The translations under genes were made by a program, and so were the position numbers. Of a stretch of DNA of 64,000 nt, positions 50,628 through 60,207 are shown piece by piece (the stretch's first letter is position 1; every line of letters starts with the position of its first letter). This DNA comes from a virus (taxonomy: Duplodnaviria; Caudoviricetes), in the IMG/VR virus record IMGVR_UViG_3300037310_000131, positions 1-64,000 of that record; one strand, 5' to 3'. A model generated the notes under the pieces. That model did not search any database and was not told the DNA's origin. It was given only the letters and a program-made list of their open reading frames with translations.

Positions 50628-51038
50628 ATGAAATCGTGCCCTCAGGAGAAGACGGAAGTATTGAGCATCGCTCAGGCCAAGGCCCTGCCAGACGGGGCCA
50701 TTGTGCCGGCGGTGGATGGGCAGCTCAGGTGCTTTGGGCTCATCGAGAAGCGCTTCCGCCCGGATGGGACGGCGTACACGTCCCAGTCGTTCACCCTGTG
50801 GGACGGCAAGGATGAGATTGACGGGACGGCCTACGACCAGAACGACCTTGCGTACTGGCCGCCCATGATGTGGCTTGTGTTCTCGTCCAAGAAGTCTCGC
50901 AATGGCCGATACGGCGGTGTCACGGTCCACGTGGACATGGCCGGGCATAGTGTATTTCGCAAGCAAAGGCTTTCTGCAGCCCTCAGGGTCTCCAAGGCGG
51001 CAGTCATTCGTTCATCGGGGACCGTTAACGCTCAGTAA
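50628..51038 (+). CDS. OB-fold-like protein
   Basis: 136 aa, SFTLWDGKDEIDGTAY strand pattern. Confidence 0.5.
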   Translation: MKSCPQEKTEVLSIAQAKALPDGAIVPAVDGQLRCFGLIEKRFRPDGTAYTSQSFTLWDGKDEIDGTAYDQNDLAYWPPMMWLVFSSKKSRNGRYGGVTVHVDMAGHSVFRKQRLSAALRVSKAAVIRSSGTVNAQ

Positions 51039-51049
51039 AAGACAAGTAC

Positions 51050-51754
51050 ATGCCCATCAAGCTCAATGACAAAGGCGGCTCGGACTTCGAGCCTATCCCA
51101 GCCGGTGTACATCAGGCTGTTTGCTACGGTGTCGTGGACATTGGAACCCAGCCGTCCAAGAACTCCAAGTACGGTCCCAAGCGGGAGATGCGCATCCTCT
51201 TTGAACTTCCTCACGAGCGCGGGGACTTCGGCGAGGGCAAGGAGAACCTGCCTCGCGGCATCAGCGTGAAGTACAGCCAGTCGCTCAGCCAGAAGGCGAA
51301 CCTCCGCAAGGCGCTGGAAAGCTGGCGCGGCCGGGCGTTCACCCCTCAGGAGCTGGAGGGCTTCGACCCCAAGGTGCTGATCGGTGTCAACGCACAGCTC
51401 AACCTCGTCCACGAGGACAAGGGCGACAAGACCTACGTCAACGTCAAGGCCATCATGCCGCTTGGCAAGGGCCAGCCGAAGGTGGCGCAGGAGAACAAGT
51501 CGCTCTACTTCTCGCTGGATGACCAGCCAGACCTGAGCAAGATCAAGTACCCTGAGAACATGCCCAACTGGCTCAAGGAGCAGATCGCGTTCTCCGACGA
51601 AGTGCTGGCTGCCAGTGGTCATGGCGACCCGCACGGCGAAGACGGCGACGGGGGTGAGCCCGGCGAGCCTCAAGGCCGCCCCGCAAGCTCGAGGCCTGCC
51701 GCCAATCCGGCCCATCAGGAGCCTGAGGGCCTAGACGAAGATGTCCCGTTCTAA
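51050..51754 (+). CDS. phage ssDNA-binding/replication protein
   Basis: FEPIPAGVHQAVCYGVVDIGTQ family start; acidic DEDVPF tail. Confidence 0.7.
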   Translation: MPIKLNDKGGSDFEPIPAGVHQAVCYGVVDIGTQPSKNSKYGPKREMRILFELPHERGDFGEGKENLPRGISVKYSQSLSQKANLRKALESWRGRAFTPQELEGFDPKVLIGVNAQLNLVHEDKGDKTYVNVKAIMPLGKGQPKVAQENKSLYFSLDDQPDLSKIKYPENMPNWLKEQIAFSDEVLAASGHGDPHGEDGDGGEPGEPQGRPASSRPAANPAHQEPEGLDEDVPF

Positions 51755-51755
51755 G

Positions 51756-52172
51756 ATGACGCGCGCGCCCAGTAAGCCGATGCGGCACATGACGGAGCGG
51801 GAGCTGGAAGCCCTCGCCCCCAATCGTGTGCGGTCGGCGATTGGCATGCGCAGATACTCGCTCGGCCTCTTTGCCGAGGCCGCCACACTGGCAAGCAAGA
51901 TAGGGGTTGCGGCTGCCGCCAAGGAGGCCGGGATGAGCGAGGCAACGCTCAAGCACTACATACGCGCCAAGCGAATTGCGGCCGGCTACAGGCCAAAGCG
52001 TCGCTCGGCTCAGAACGAGAAGAAGAAACTGTGCTGCAAGGTCTTTGAGGACCTGATGCGGGCCGGCTTCTCAAAGAACAAGCGGAAATGTTGGACAGAG
52101 GCGGGCCGTATCACCGGAGTGAATGGCCGCTCGGTCGAGTTCCAAGTCGATAGAGGAATCTGGAAACCATGA
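51756..52172 (+). CDS. HTH DNA-binding protein
   Basis: GVAAAAKEAGMSEATLKHY. Confidence 0.55.
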   Translation: MTRAPSKPMRHMTERELEALAPNRVRSAIGMRRYSLGLFAEAATLASKIGVAAAAKEAGMSEATLKHYIRAKRIAAGYRPKRRSAQNEKKKLCCKVFEDLMRAGFSKNKRKCWTEAGRITGVNGRSVEFQVDRGIWKP

Positions 52173-52975
52173 TACTGAAAGACAACGCGCCCAAGCAGCA
52201 GTTTGTAAAGACGGACGAGTCTGCGCACTGGTACGAATACAAGGGCGGCGTGGTGCTGCCGCGCTACGAGGCCACCCTGCGTGAGGCGCGCAAGCAAAAC
52301 CTGTTCCCGTCGCCCACCAGCATCGAGAAGGATGTTCGGGCCAATCCAATGCTGGCGCGCTGGATTCGCAACGAGACCGTCAAGGCCTTCATCAACAACC
52401 CGCGCACGCCGGGCGAGGACGACGACGCCTACGCCCAGCGCTGCCTCGCGGTGTCTGACAACATCGCTAAGGAGGCGGCGGAGCGCGGCACCAACATCCA
52501 CGACGCCATCGAGCACAATGGCACCCTGCTTCAGGACATTGTTCCGTTCTTCGAGGCATACGTTCCGTGGCACAACGAGTTTGTGCAGGAGACGGAAGCC
52601 TGCGAGGCGTCCTTGGTGGACCTCGGCATCGGAGTGGCCGGACGCGTGGACCGGGTGGCTATCGTCAAGGGCGTTGGGCGCACCATCATCGACTACAAGA
52701 CTCAGCGGGTGAAGGCCAAGGCATCCTTCTATGAGTCCTTTCCCCGCCAGCTATCGTTCTACGCCAAGGCCTACCAGAACATGTATGGCGGAGACTTGCC
52801 GCGCATCATGTCGGTGGTCATCGACTCGCAGACGCCGTCGCGCCCGGTGGAAAAGCTGTACTCGGTCGAGGAACAGGAGCAGGCGCACAAGGAGTTCATG
52901 TGCCACGCTTGGTTGTGGTTCTCGTCCAAGAACTTCTGGCCCGTCGGACGATGGGACGTTTCATTCGGACGCTAA
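52169..52975 (+). CDS. PD-(D/E)XK exonuclease (Cas4-like)
   Basis: PSPTSI, RGTNIHDAIE, GVAGRVD, IIDYKT, QLSFYA. Confidence 0.88.
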   Translation: MILKDNAPKQQFVKTDESAHWYEYKGGVVLPRYEATLREARKQNLFPSPTSIEKDVRANPMLARWIRNETVKAFINNPRTPGEDDDAYAQRCLAVSDNIAKEAAERGTNIHDAIEHNGTLLQDIVPFFEAYVPWHNEFVQETEACEASLVDLGIGVAGRVDRVAIVKGVGRTIIDYKTQRVKAKASFYESFPRQLSFYAKAYQNMYGGDLPRIMSVVIDSQTPSRPVEKLYSVEEQEQAHKEFMCHAWLWFSSKNFWPVGRWDVSFGR

Positions 52976-52993
52976 CCCATAAATCACACCACC

Positions 52994-53266
52994 ATGGACA
53001 GAGGAAACCCCAAGCTTCGGCTCACCAAAACGGACTTCGCAAGGTACCTGAATAACAACTGGGAGCAGTACCCCGAGCTCTCCAAGTACTACGACCGATA
53101 CATGGAACGATGCGGCCGCGCGCGCAAGATGGCCAACTCCCAGTTTGGGTTCTGGCTGCGCGACAACATGGCAGAAAAATTCAACAAGGCCTACCGGGTG
53201 GCATCTAAGCACCCCGAGCTGCTGGCCGAGATATATCCCGATGCCGATTCCCAAGCCACAATTTAA
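52994..53266 (+). CDS. hypothetical protein
   Basis: 90 aa. Confidence 0.55.
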   Translation: MDRGNPKLRLTKTDFARYLNNNWEQYPELSKYYDRYMERCGRARKMANSQFGFWLRDNMAEKFNKAYRVASKHPELLAEIYPDADSQATI

Positions 53267-53516
53267 GCCGTACGACTCGCCCACCCGCTGGGAAATCAGG
53301 AGCCAGCGCAGCAGTAACGTGTCGTACATCGTGGACCTAGGCATGATGGAGTGCCAGTGCCGCTACCACCAGTGCGACGTGGGCCCCAAGCTAAGAAAAG
53401 GCTTGCGTCCCAAGATGTGTACCCACTATAACATTGCCCGCGAACGCTTTGCCGATTGGGCGATTTGGGCGTTCCACAACAACGACCTGAACCGAGAACA
53501 CGACGACAATCTATGA
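53241..53516 (+). CDS. SWIM-type zinc-finger protein
   Basis: YIVDL...CQCRY...CTH. Confidence 0.65.
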   Translation: MPIPKPQFKPYDSPTRWEIRSQRSSNVSYIVDLGMMECQCRYHQCDVGPKLRKGLRPKMCTHYNIARERFADWAIWAFHNNDLNREHDDNL

Positions 53517-53869
53517 GCAAGACAGCCACTACATCATTGCGCCAGCGATACAAGGCGCTGGAGCGAATCAACAAGACCCTGCTGCTGAACTCCAACAACG
53601 CGACTCTGGTTGCGAATGCGATGTTTTGGCGGCTCGGCTTGAAGAATCGCGAGGAAATCAAGGCCATCGTTGACGGGTTCATCCAGTTCACCACCGCCCA
53701 GATCGAAAAAGCCAAGGCCGAGAAGGCCGAGAGGGAGCGCGAGGAGGGCACGCTGACGGTGGAGGAGTTCATCGACCCGGTGCTGCTGGAGAAGGCCCGC
53801 CAGATTGAGGGCGGCGAGGACATCGAGGACATCGAGGACGTAACCGACAGCACGGACAGCGATGTATGA
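53513..53869 (+). CDS. hypothetical protein with acidic tail
   Basis: ATGA overlap. Confidence 0.55.
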   Translation: MSKTATTSLRQRYKALERINKTLLLNSNNATLVANAMFWRLGLKNREEIKAIVDGFIQFTTAQIEKAKAEKAEREREEGTLTVEEFIDPVLLEKARQIEGGEDIEDIEDVTDSTDSDV

Positions 53870-55391
53870 CATGAGGCACCGTGGCCCTCGCGCGGTGGCG
53901 GCATCTAAGCCGCGCAGGATTTACATCAACCTAGGCCGCACGGGTGACGCCATAGCCAGTGTGCCGCTCTGCTGGCTGTATTGGAAGGAGACGGGTCAGA
54001 AGTGTGCCCTCATGGTGGCGCGCCAGTTCTCGTCGTTTCTTGAGGGCATCAGCTACATCCACCCCGAGATATGGGGCGGCGACTTCAAGGACGTGGGCGG
54101 TGCCCGGCTGCATGCCCAGCGGATTGGGTACAAGGAGGTCAAGGTTGCGCAGATATACGGCCACGGCCTGCGCGTACCACACAGCACTTCGTCGTTCATC
54201 CTTGAGTCATGGAAGCAGGTCGGTCGCCTCGAGGACTTTGGCGCTCCGCTTGTGTTCGACCGGCGCAACCACGTGCGAGAGGCCGAGCTGGCCAGCGGGA
54301 TGCCAACGGGCAAGCCGGTGATTCTTGTAGCCGTGAGCGGCCACAGCGCCCCGGTGCCAAATCCAGACAAGCTGTTCGCCGCTCTGGAGAACAGGTACGG
54401 AGATTCGGCGCACGTCGTGGACATGGCCAAGTTTCAGACCAGCCATTTTCACGACCTGCTTGGGGTGATCGACCGGGCCGCCTGTTTGGTGACGGGGGAC
54501 ACGGCCTTCGGCCAGCTAGCCTGTGCCAGCCGCACGCCAGTGTGTGCGCTGATTGCCTATCAGCCCACGTTGTGGCACGGCTCCCCACGCCGGCCAAGCC
54601 ACGCGTGCTACATACGCTACAACGAGCTGGACCACAAGATGGACGAGCTCTACCGGGCCATCGACCTCAGCCTTGACCGCCACACCGTTCCGAAGATCAC
54701 CCACGTTTGGTCGGGTGTCAACATGGGCCGGGACGCCATGCGCCGGCACACGATTGCAGCCGCCACGTGGGACAGGGAGGCGCAGGTCTACGGCAACTGG
54801 CAAACCATCCGCTTCACCGCAGAGATGATGTCCCGGTCGGCCATCGACATCGGCGAGGACGTCGGGCTGCCCTACATACAGGACATGCTCGACTGCGCGG
54901 CATCCGGCGGGCGGGACGCCGACATCGTGGTTATCAGCAATGCCGACATCAACTTCGTGCCGGGTCTGGCGGGGGACATCGCGGAGCAGTGCACGCGGCA
55001 TGGAGCGGCCTACTGCCACCGCTGGGACTTCCCAAGCGTGGAGACCCCGGTTGATCGGAACGGCCTCCTTGGTGCCAGCTGGTACGTGGGGTGCGACCTA
55101 TTTGCATGCACCGTGGGGTGGTGGAAACAGCACAAGAGCGAGTTTCCCCCCATGCTCTTGGGCCGAGAGTGCTGGGACTGGGTGCTCCGCAAGCTGATTG
55201 ACATGCACGGCGGGGCGCAAATCGAGCGAGGCATCTACCACGAGAAGCATCCGTCGCCATGGGAGCTGAACCGCAGCCTGCCCGGCAACCTTTACAATCG
55301 CGGCTACGCCCGTGCATGGCTGACCCAGCACGGCATCGACCTCGCCGAGATTACCAACCTGCCCTATGCGAAGGTGCAGTGGCCGGCATGA
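53862..55391 (+). CDS. GT9 (heptosyltransferase-like) domain fused to a GT-A-like domain
   Basis: GRTGDAI, LLGVIDRAACLVTGDTAFGQLA; C-terminal VISNADI. Confidence 0.8.
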   Translation: MYDMRHRGPRAVAASKPRRIYINLGRTGDAIASVPLCWLYWKETGQKCALMVARQFSSFLEGISYIHPEIWGGDFKDVGGARLHAQRIGYKEVKVAQIYGHGLRVPHSTSSFILESWKQVGRLEDFGAPLVFDRRNHVREAELASGMPTGKPVILVAVSGHSAPVPNPDKLFAALENRYGDSAHVVDMAKFQTSHFHDLLGVIDRAACLVTGDTAFGQLACASRTPVCALIAYQPTLWHGSPRRPSHACYIRYNELDHKMDELYRAIDLSLDRHTVPKITHVWSGVNMGRDAMRRHTIAAATWDREAQVYGNWQTIRFTAEMMSRSAIDIGEDVGLPYIQDMLDCAASGGRDADIVVISNADINFVPGLAGDIAEQCTRHGAAYCHRWDFPSVETPVDRNGLLGASWYVGCDLFACTVGWWKQHKSEFPPMLLGRECWDWVLRKLIDMHGGAQIERGIYHEKHPSPWELNRSLPGNLYNRGYARAWLTQHGIDLAEITNLPYAKVQWPA

Positions 55392-55738
55392 ACGAGCTCG
55401 AGGCATGGCTGAAGCGCAGGCCCAAGGGCAGGAAGCCTCGTAAGCGCATACGCCGGCAGTCGGAAACCCTCAGGCAGAAGATGGCCCGGTACCGGGCAGT
55501 CAGAGGGCGGTGGCTCTTGGGGCATCCCAAGTGCGAGATTGGACCAATCATCGAGGCAGCCGGGTACAAGGTGAGGTGCACCAGGGTGGCCACCCACCCG
55601 CACCACATGAAGGGCAGGGTGGGCGAGCTGCTGTTCGACACAAAGTTCTGGCTTGCCTCATGCAGCGGAGAATGCCATCCTGTGTGGGTACATCAGTCGC
55701 ATGTGGCTGAGGCAAAGAAGCTTGGAATCACACTATGA
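55388..55738 (+). CDS. small HNH/NinG-like nuclease
   Basis: CEI...C...HPHHMKGR...WLASCSGECH. Confidence 0.65.
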   Translation: MNELEAWLKRRPKGRKPRKRIRRQSETLRQKMARYRAVRGRWLLGHPKCEIGPIIEAAGYKVRCTRVATHPHHMKGRVGELLFDTKFWLASCSGECHPVWVHQSHVAEAKKLGITL

Positions 55739-57204
55739 ACAAAATCATTCACGTTTGGTCCGGTGAGGCGCGGGATGAGGCAACGGCCCAGCGCATGGCC
55801 ATGGCCAAGATAACATGGGAGCGCGAGCGCGCGGCCTACGGGGGGTGGCTGTCAATCCAGCATGAGGTCTCTCCGTCGCAGAACGCCACGCTGGTTGGCG
55901 ATCCTGTTGCCCTTCCATTTATCCACGACATGGTGAACGATGCGTCGCGCCTGTGCGAGGACGGGAGCGACATCATCCTTATCACCAACGCGGACATCGG
56001 GCTGTTCCGTGGGTTCGCCACCGAGCTAGCGGCCAAGGTGTCTGCAAGCGGGGCGGTCTTCTGTCATCGCTGGGACTTTCCTGCGCTGGCCGAGCCGCTG
56101 CAGACCAAGGCCGGCATCAAGACAGGCAAGAAGTACCCGGGCATGGATGCGTTCGGGTTCTCTCGTCGCTGGTGGCTTGAGAATCGGGACGACATCCCGC
56201 CCTTCATCCTCGGAAGGGAGTGCTGGGACTGGATTCTCCGGGAGAAGATCAAGGAGACTGGCGGGACAGAGATGCAATCCGCCATCTTCCACATCGCGCA
56301 CAATTCTGACTGGAAGAAGGGCCGCGCCAAGCACCCGGGCAACATATACAATCGCAGCTACGCGCGCGCATGGCTCATGAAGCGCAAGATGGACCTGCGG
56401 GAGATTGCCAACGCGCCGTACAATGAGGTAGCATGGCCGCCCGTGCAGTTCGCCAAGAGGCAAGCGCCCAAGCCGGCCGGCTCGGTGGATGTCCTGTACG
56501 TCATTGGCCGTGGCAGCAAGTGGGATAATCAGGAGCTGCGCTACAGCCTGCGTTCGCTTGAGAAGTACGCATGTGGCGTGGGTAACGTGTTCGTCGTCGG
56601 CCATGTCCCCGTGTTTCTGAGCGACAAGGTAACAACCCTGCAGAGAGAGGACTTCGGCAAGAACAAGGAGCACAACATTGCAGAGCAGATCGAGTTTGCT
56701 GCCGCCAACCTCAGCCTCAGCGAGCGGTTCCTGTGGGTGAACGACGACTGCTTCTTCACACAGGAGACGGACATCACCGGATACCCGTACTATTCCGATG
56801 GCTCGTTGGAGGCCAAGTGGCGGTCAACGGCCATGAATGGGTACCGGGTTGCACTGGCTCAAGCGGATGCGCAGCTGCGCGCGCGTGGGTTCCCAACCCA
56901 CAATTTCGAGAACCACGTGCCAATCATCTACACGCGCGCCGGCATGGCCAAGATGGCCCCTTGGGTCAGGCTCTCCGGTCGCATGCCCTATGGCATGACC
57001 TTCCGCTCGGTCTACTGCAATGCGCTTGGCATTCCCCCGGGCCCCCAGTACCGGGACCTCAAGATTGGCAACTGCTCCACGCCGGCAGAACTGGAGGCGC
57101 GCATCAAGGGCAGGCATGTGTTTTCCATTGGCGACGGCTTCTCAGATGCCGCCAAGGCGCACTTCGACGTCCTCTATCCAGAGAGATCATCCTACGAAAA
57201 ATGA
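55735..57204 (+). CDS. GT-A-like domain fused to a Stealth-like (CR1/CR2) phosphotransferase domain
   Basis: ITNADI domain; DVLYV...ELRYSLRSLEKY...VFVVG...FLWVNDDCFF. Confidence 0.75.
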   Translation: MNKIIHVWSGEARDEATAQRMAMAKITWERERAAYGGWLSIQHEVSPSQNATLVGDPVALPFIHDMVNDASRLCEDGSDIILITNADIGLFRGFATELAAKVSASGAVFCHRWDFPALAEPLQTKAGIKTGKKYPGMDAFGFSRRWWLENRDDIPPFILGRECWDWILREKIKETGGTEMQSAIFHIAHNSDWKKGRAKHPGNIYNRSYARAWLMKRKMDLREIANAPYNEVAWPPVQFAKRQAPKPAGSVDVLYVIGRGSKWDNQELRYSLRSLEKYACGVGNVFVVGHVPVFLSDKVTTLQREDFGKNKEHNIAEQIEFAAANLSLSERFLWVNDDCFFTQETDITGYPYYSDGSLEAKWRSTAMNGYRVALAQADAQLRARGFPTHNFENHVPIIYTRAGMAKMAPWVRLSGRMPYGMTFRSVYCNALGIPPGPQYRDLKIGNCSTPAELEARIKGRHVFSIGDGFSDAAKAHFDVLYPERSSYEK

Positions 57205-57572
57205 AAAGAGCCACCGAGTTTCATGCCTGCTGCGCCCTCGTTGAGTGGTGGACCTACGCCTGCCGTGCGTACAAGGTGCCGGAGCAGACGCTGTTCCACT
57301 GCCCGAACGCATCGCCCGGCAGCATCAAGTACAGGGTCAACAACAAGCGCATGGGCGTACGGTCTGGCACGCCGGACTACTTCCTTGCCGTTGCGCGCGG
57401 GCCGTACCACGGAATGTTCATAGAGATGAAGGGCCCCGATGGGAGGCCCAGCCCCGAGCAGGTGGAAACACTGCGCATTTTGGGCTTGCAAGGCTACGCC
57501 ACCGTGCTTTGCTATTCAACCGATGCGGCAAGAACCGCCATCGAGAACTACCTAAAACTCGCAAATCCATGA
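57201..57572 (+). CDS. VRR-NUC domain nuclease
   Basis: GVRSGTPDYF...FIEMK...GRPSPEQ. Confidence 0.88.
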   Translation: MKRATEFHACCALVEWWTYACRAYKVPEQTLFHCPNASPGSIKYRVNNKRMGVRSGTPDYFLAVARGPYHGMFIEMKGPDGRPSPEQVETLRILGLQGYATVLCYSTDAARTAIENYLKLANP

Positions 57573-57694
57573 AGAGCAACAAGACACCATACACACTGCC
57601 TAGGCGTCAGTACTCCTACGTGGAGCGCGTTCGCCTGTCCATTGCCCGTGCGCTCCGCCGGTTGGCCAATCGGGTTAGCCCCGACAACTTCTGA
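57569..57694 (+). CDS. 41-aa basic protein
   Basis: coupled at both ends. Confidence 0.4.
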   Translation: MKSNKTPYTLPRRQYSYVERVRLSIARALRRLANRVSPDNF

Positions 57695-58080
57695 TGCGCC
57701 GCGTCATCCTTTCCGCCATGGTGGCGGCCTCTTTTGCACTGGCCAGCGCCAGAGAGCCCAACCGTTCGGCGCTGCTTGAGGCCATCCGCCTCAGGGAAAA
57801 CAGCCACACGCGTGGCGCGGCCGGAGAGCTTGGGCCGTACCAGATGGTGCCCAAGACCGTGCGCGATGCGGGCGGTTACGACCGTGCCGCCGCCACGCGC
57901 CATCTGATGTGGATTGAACGACAGCTCGCGCGCAAGCGTGTGGCGGTGAGTGCATTCAACATCGCCCTGTGCTGGAACGCCGGCCTTGAGCGCGCAACAT
58001 CAGGCAGGGCCAAGGAGTCGAGCTACTGGTACGCTACGGATGTCGAGCGGATTTACCACTCCTTGCGTCCTCAACCATGA
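57694..58080 (+). CDS. lysozyme-fold / lytic transglycosylase with signal peptide
   Basis: AIRLRENS, GELGPYQM, WNAG. Confidence 0.75.
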   Translation: MRRVILSAMVAASFALASAREPNRSALLEAIRLRENSHTRGAAGELGPYQMVPKTVRDAGGYDRAAATRHLMWIERQLARKRVAVSAFNIALCWNAGLERATSGRAKESSYWYATDVERIYHSLRPQP

Positions 58081-58888
58081 TGGCCGCCAGCTCTGGCATG
58101 CTGGTCGTGAAGCAGTCGGCAAACCTGTAGTCGCGGGTAACCGATGTCAGCGAGTACTCGCGCGTGGCCGTCATGCTGACCATCCCATGCGGCTCACGCC
58201 CAGCGTAGCGCATGCAGGCGCTGAGGAAATCCAGCACCGTGTGGCACCGGCACGAGCCAAGCACCGCCTCATAGTGCTCGCTGTTGACCTGCCTCCACAC
58301 GGCTCCCATCATGTCGCGCGCATGGTTCCACTCCTTGCGGTCGTATGGGTCTAGGCAGGTGACCGCGCCATCTTGCAGGGCCAGCCTTGCGAGCTTCTTG
58401 GCAAGGAACCCCCCGGGCCGCCTTGGGCTGTCGTGATGCGACAGGTAGCCGACGTACACCCTGATGCCAAGCTGGCGGTAGTATCTGGCCAGCTCGACGG
58501 AGGCGTTGCGCTGGGCGGCGTAGATGGTGTCGTATCGCCGATGGCTGGTGGGCGTTATGTCAGGTCCCTTTAGTTGCAGAATGCTTCCGGTGATGAACAC
58601 GCGGCAGGTTGGGCGATACAGCTTCACGGCCTCAAGCACGTGCGCCGTTCCGTCTACTATCGCCCGGTGGTTGGCGGCATGAAATTCATGGGCCACGCTT
58701 GAAATGGCGGCCAGATGGAACACGTAGTCGGGCCGCAGTCTGGCTACCTCATGGAAGACGTAGCCCTGCACGCCCACATCGCACTCCTTGCGGCCGAAGG
58801 CGTGGACCTCCACCCCGTGCTTGCGCAGTATCTCGCCAAGGTAAAACCCGTCCTGCCCAGAAGCCCCAAGGATTATGGCCCGGCTCAT
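58034..58888 (-). CDS. gmd: GDP-mannose 4,6-dehydratase-like SDR
   Basis: ILGASGQDGFYL, FHLAAISSV, YAAQR (Y-x3-K replaced), HDSPRRPGGFLAKK. Confidence 0.8.
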   Translation of the reverse strand: MSRAIILGASGQDGFYLGEILRKHGVEVHAFGRKECDVGVQGYVFHEVARLRPDYVFHLAAISSVAHEFHAANHRAIVDGTAHVLEAVKLYRPTCRVFITGSILQLKGPDITPTSHRRYDTIYAAQRNASVELARYYRQLGIRVYVGYLSHHDSPRRPGGFLAKKLARLALQDGAVTCLDPYDRKEWNHARDMMGAVWRQVNSEHYEAVLGSCRCHTVLDFLSACMRYAGREPHGMVSMTATREYSLTSVTRDYRFADCFTTSMPELAAIMVEDARSGKSARHP

Positions 58889-60120
58889 AGTGCGGTCTTG
58901 TCGATAACCTGAATGTCAGGCAGCGGAAAGATAAGCTTGCCGCCGTTACGCAGGTACTTGGCCTCGCGCTGGATGATGCCTTCGCGAAAGTGCCAAGGCA
59001 GCACAAGCATGTAGTCTGGCTGCTGGCTGCGGGCGTACTCTTCTGACACGATGGGAATGTGGGAGCCCGGAGTCACGCAGCCATGCTTGTGCTCGTTGAC
59101 ATCGGCGATGAACGCAATGTCCCTTGGCCCGAGGCCGCAGTACTGGAGAATGACATTGCCTTTCGTGCTCGCGCCAAGCCCGGCAACCGTCTTTCCGCTG
59201 GACCGAAGGTGGCGAATCAAGCTGACCAATCGCTCGGCGTGGTCGCCCATGTCCACGCCAAATGCGTGCATGATATTCTCCCATGCCTCGGAGCCGTCGG
59301 GCTCGGAGTCGGTCACGTTCTCAACGTTGTGGTTGGCCGTCCGGTTTGAGCCATTGCGCACAGCCGTCACGGCAAAGCTGCCGCCATTGACTTGGTTGAG
59401 CCGTACATCAATGGCACGCATGCCGGCGTCCTTGAGGATGCGCTGGATGACGCGCATGCTGTAGTATTCCAGATGCTCGTGGCAGATGGTGTCATACGCG
59501 CGCATCATTATCATGGATGGAAGGTAGCTTTGCTCGAAGTGCCACACCCCGTTCGGCCTGAGCGAGCGGCACACCGCCTTCGCGAACCCGACGGGCGACG
59601 GCATATCGTAGAAGCAGGCGATGCTGGTGATAATGTCGTACCTCTGGTCGTCTGGAACCTCGCCAAAGAAGGCCGGCTGCACAACGATGCCAGTGTCCTT
59701 CAGGTACTCGGCCCACTTGGGGGCGGTCGGGTCCACCAACTTGCGGTACAGCCCCTCGACCGCGTAGCCCTTGAGCAGCGTGCCGTCGTTGCCGCCGATG
59801 TCGAGCACGTGCGACTCGGCATCGAGTCCCACTAGGGCCTGCAGCTCGCGCGCCTTCGCCTGTAGGTGTTTCACCATGCTGGCGTTGAGCCCCGAGCGGT
59901 AGCCGTAGTTGTCGCCATACATGTCCTTCAGGCTGTAGCCCTGCTTCATCTGGAGCAGGCTGCAGTTGGCGCACAGGCACAGCGACACCGGGCCCTTCTC
60001 GACCCGTACGCCGGGGTGGCGCGGGAACTCTCCCGTCATGGCCATGTGACCCATGTCAATGGAGGGTATCAGTTCGGCGCCGCCGCACACGCGGCACTGG
60101 GTGATCTCATGGTAGGGCAT
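58885..60120 (-). CDS. NDP-sugar C-methyltransferase (Zn-ribbon + class I SAM + C-terminal domain)
   Basis: CRVCGG, CANCSLLQ, YGYRS, VLDIGGNDG, YDTICHEH, GASTKGN, LPWHF. Confidence 0.92.
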   Translation of the reverse strand: MPYHEITQCRVCGGAELIPSIDMGHMAMTGEFPRHPGVRVEKGPVSLCLCANCSLLQMKQGYSLKDMYGDNYGYRSGLNASMVKHLQAKARELQALVGLDAESHVLDIGGNDGTLLKGYAVEGLYRKLVDPTAPKWAEYLKDTGIVVQPAFFGEVPDDQRYDIITSIACFYDMPSPVGFAKAVCRSLRPNGVWHFEQSYLPSMIMMRAYDTICHEHLEYYSMRVIQRILKDAGMRAIDVRLNQVNGGSFAVTAVRNGSNRTANHNVENVTDSEPDGSEAWENIMHAFGVDMGDHAERLVSLIRHLRSSGKTVAGLGASTKGNVILQYCGLGPRDIAFIADVNEHKHGCVTPGSHIPIVSEEYARSQQPDYMLVLPWHFREGIIQREAKYLRNGGKLIFPLPDIQVIDKTAL

Positions 60121-60207
60121 AGTGTTTTCTGTGTACACACTGACACCGCGCATCAGGCAGTCAAATACTTATTGACGGAATGAGGCAAACACCCCAGCCT
60201 TTCCGCA

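Noticed and set aside
52169-52975. CRISPR-associated Cas4
   Set aside because: Solo PD-(D/E)XK exonuclease beside an SSB gene; no cas genes or array
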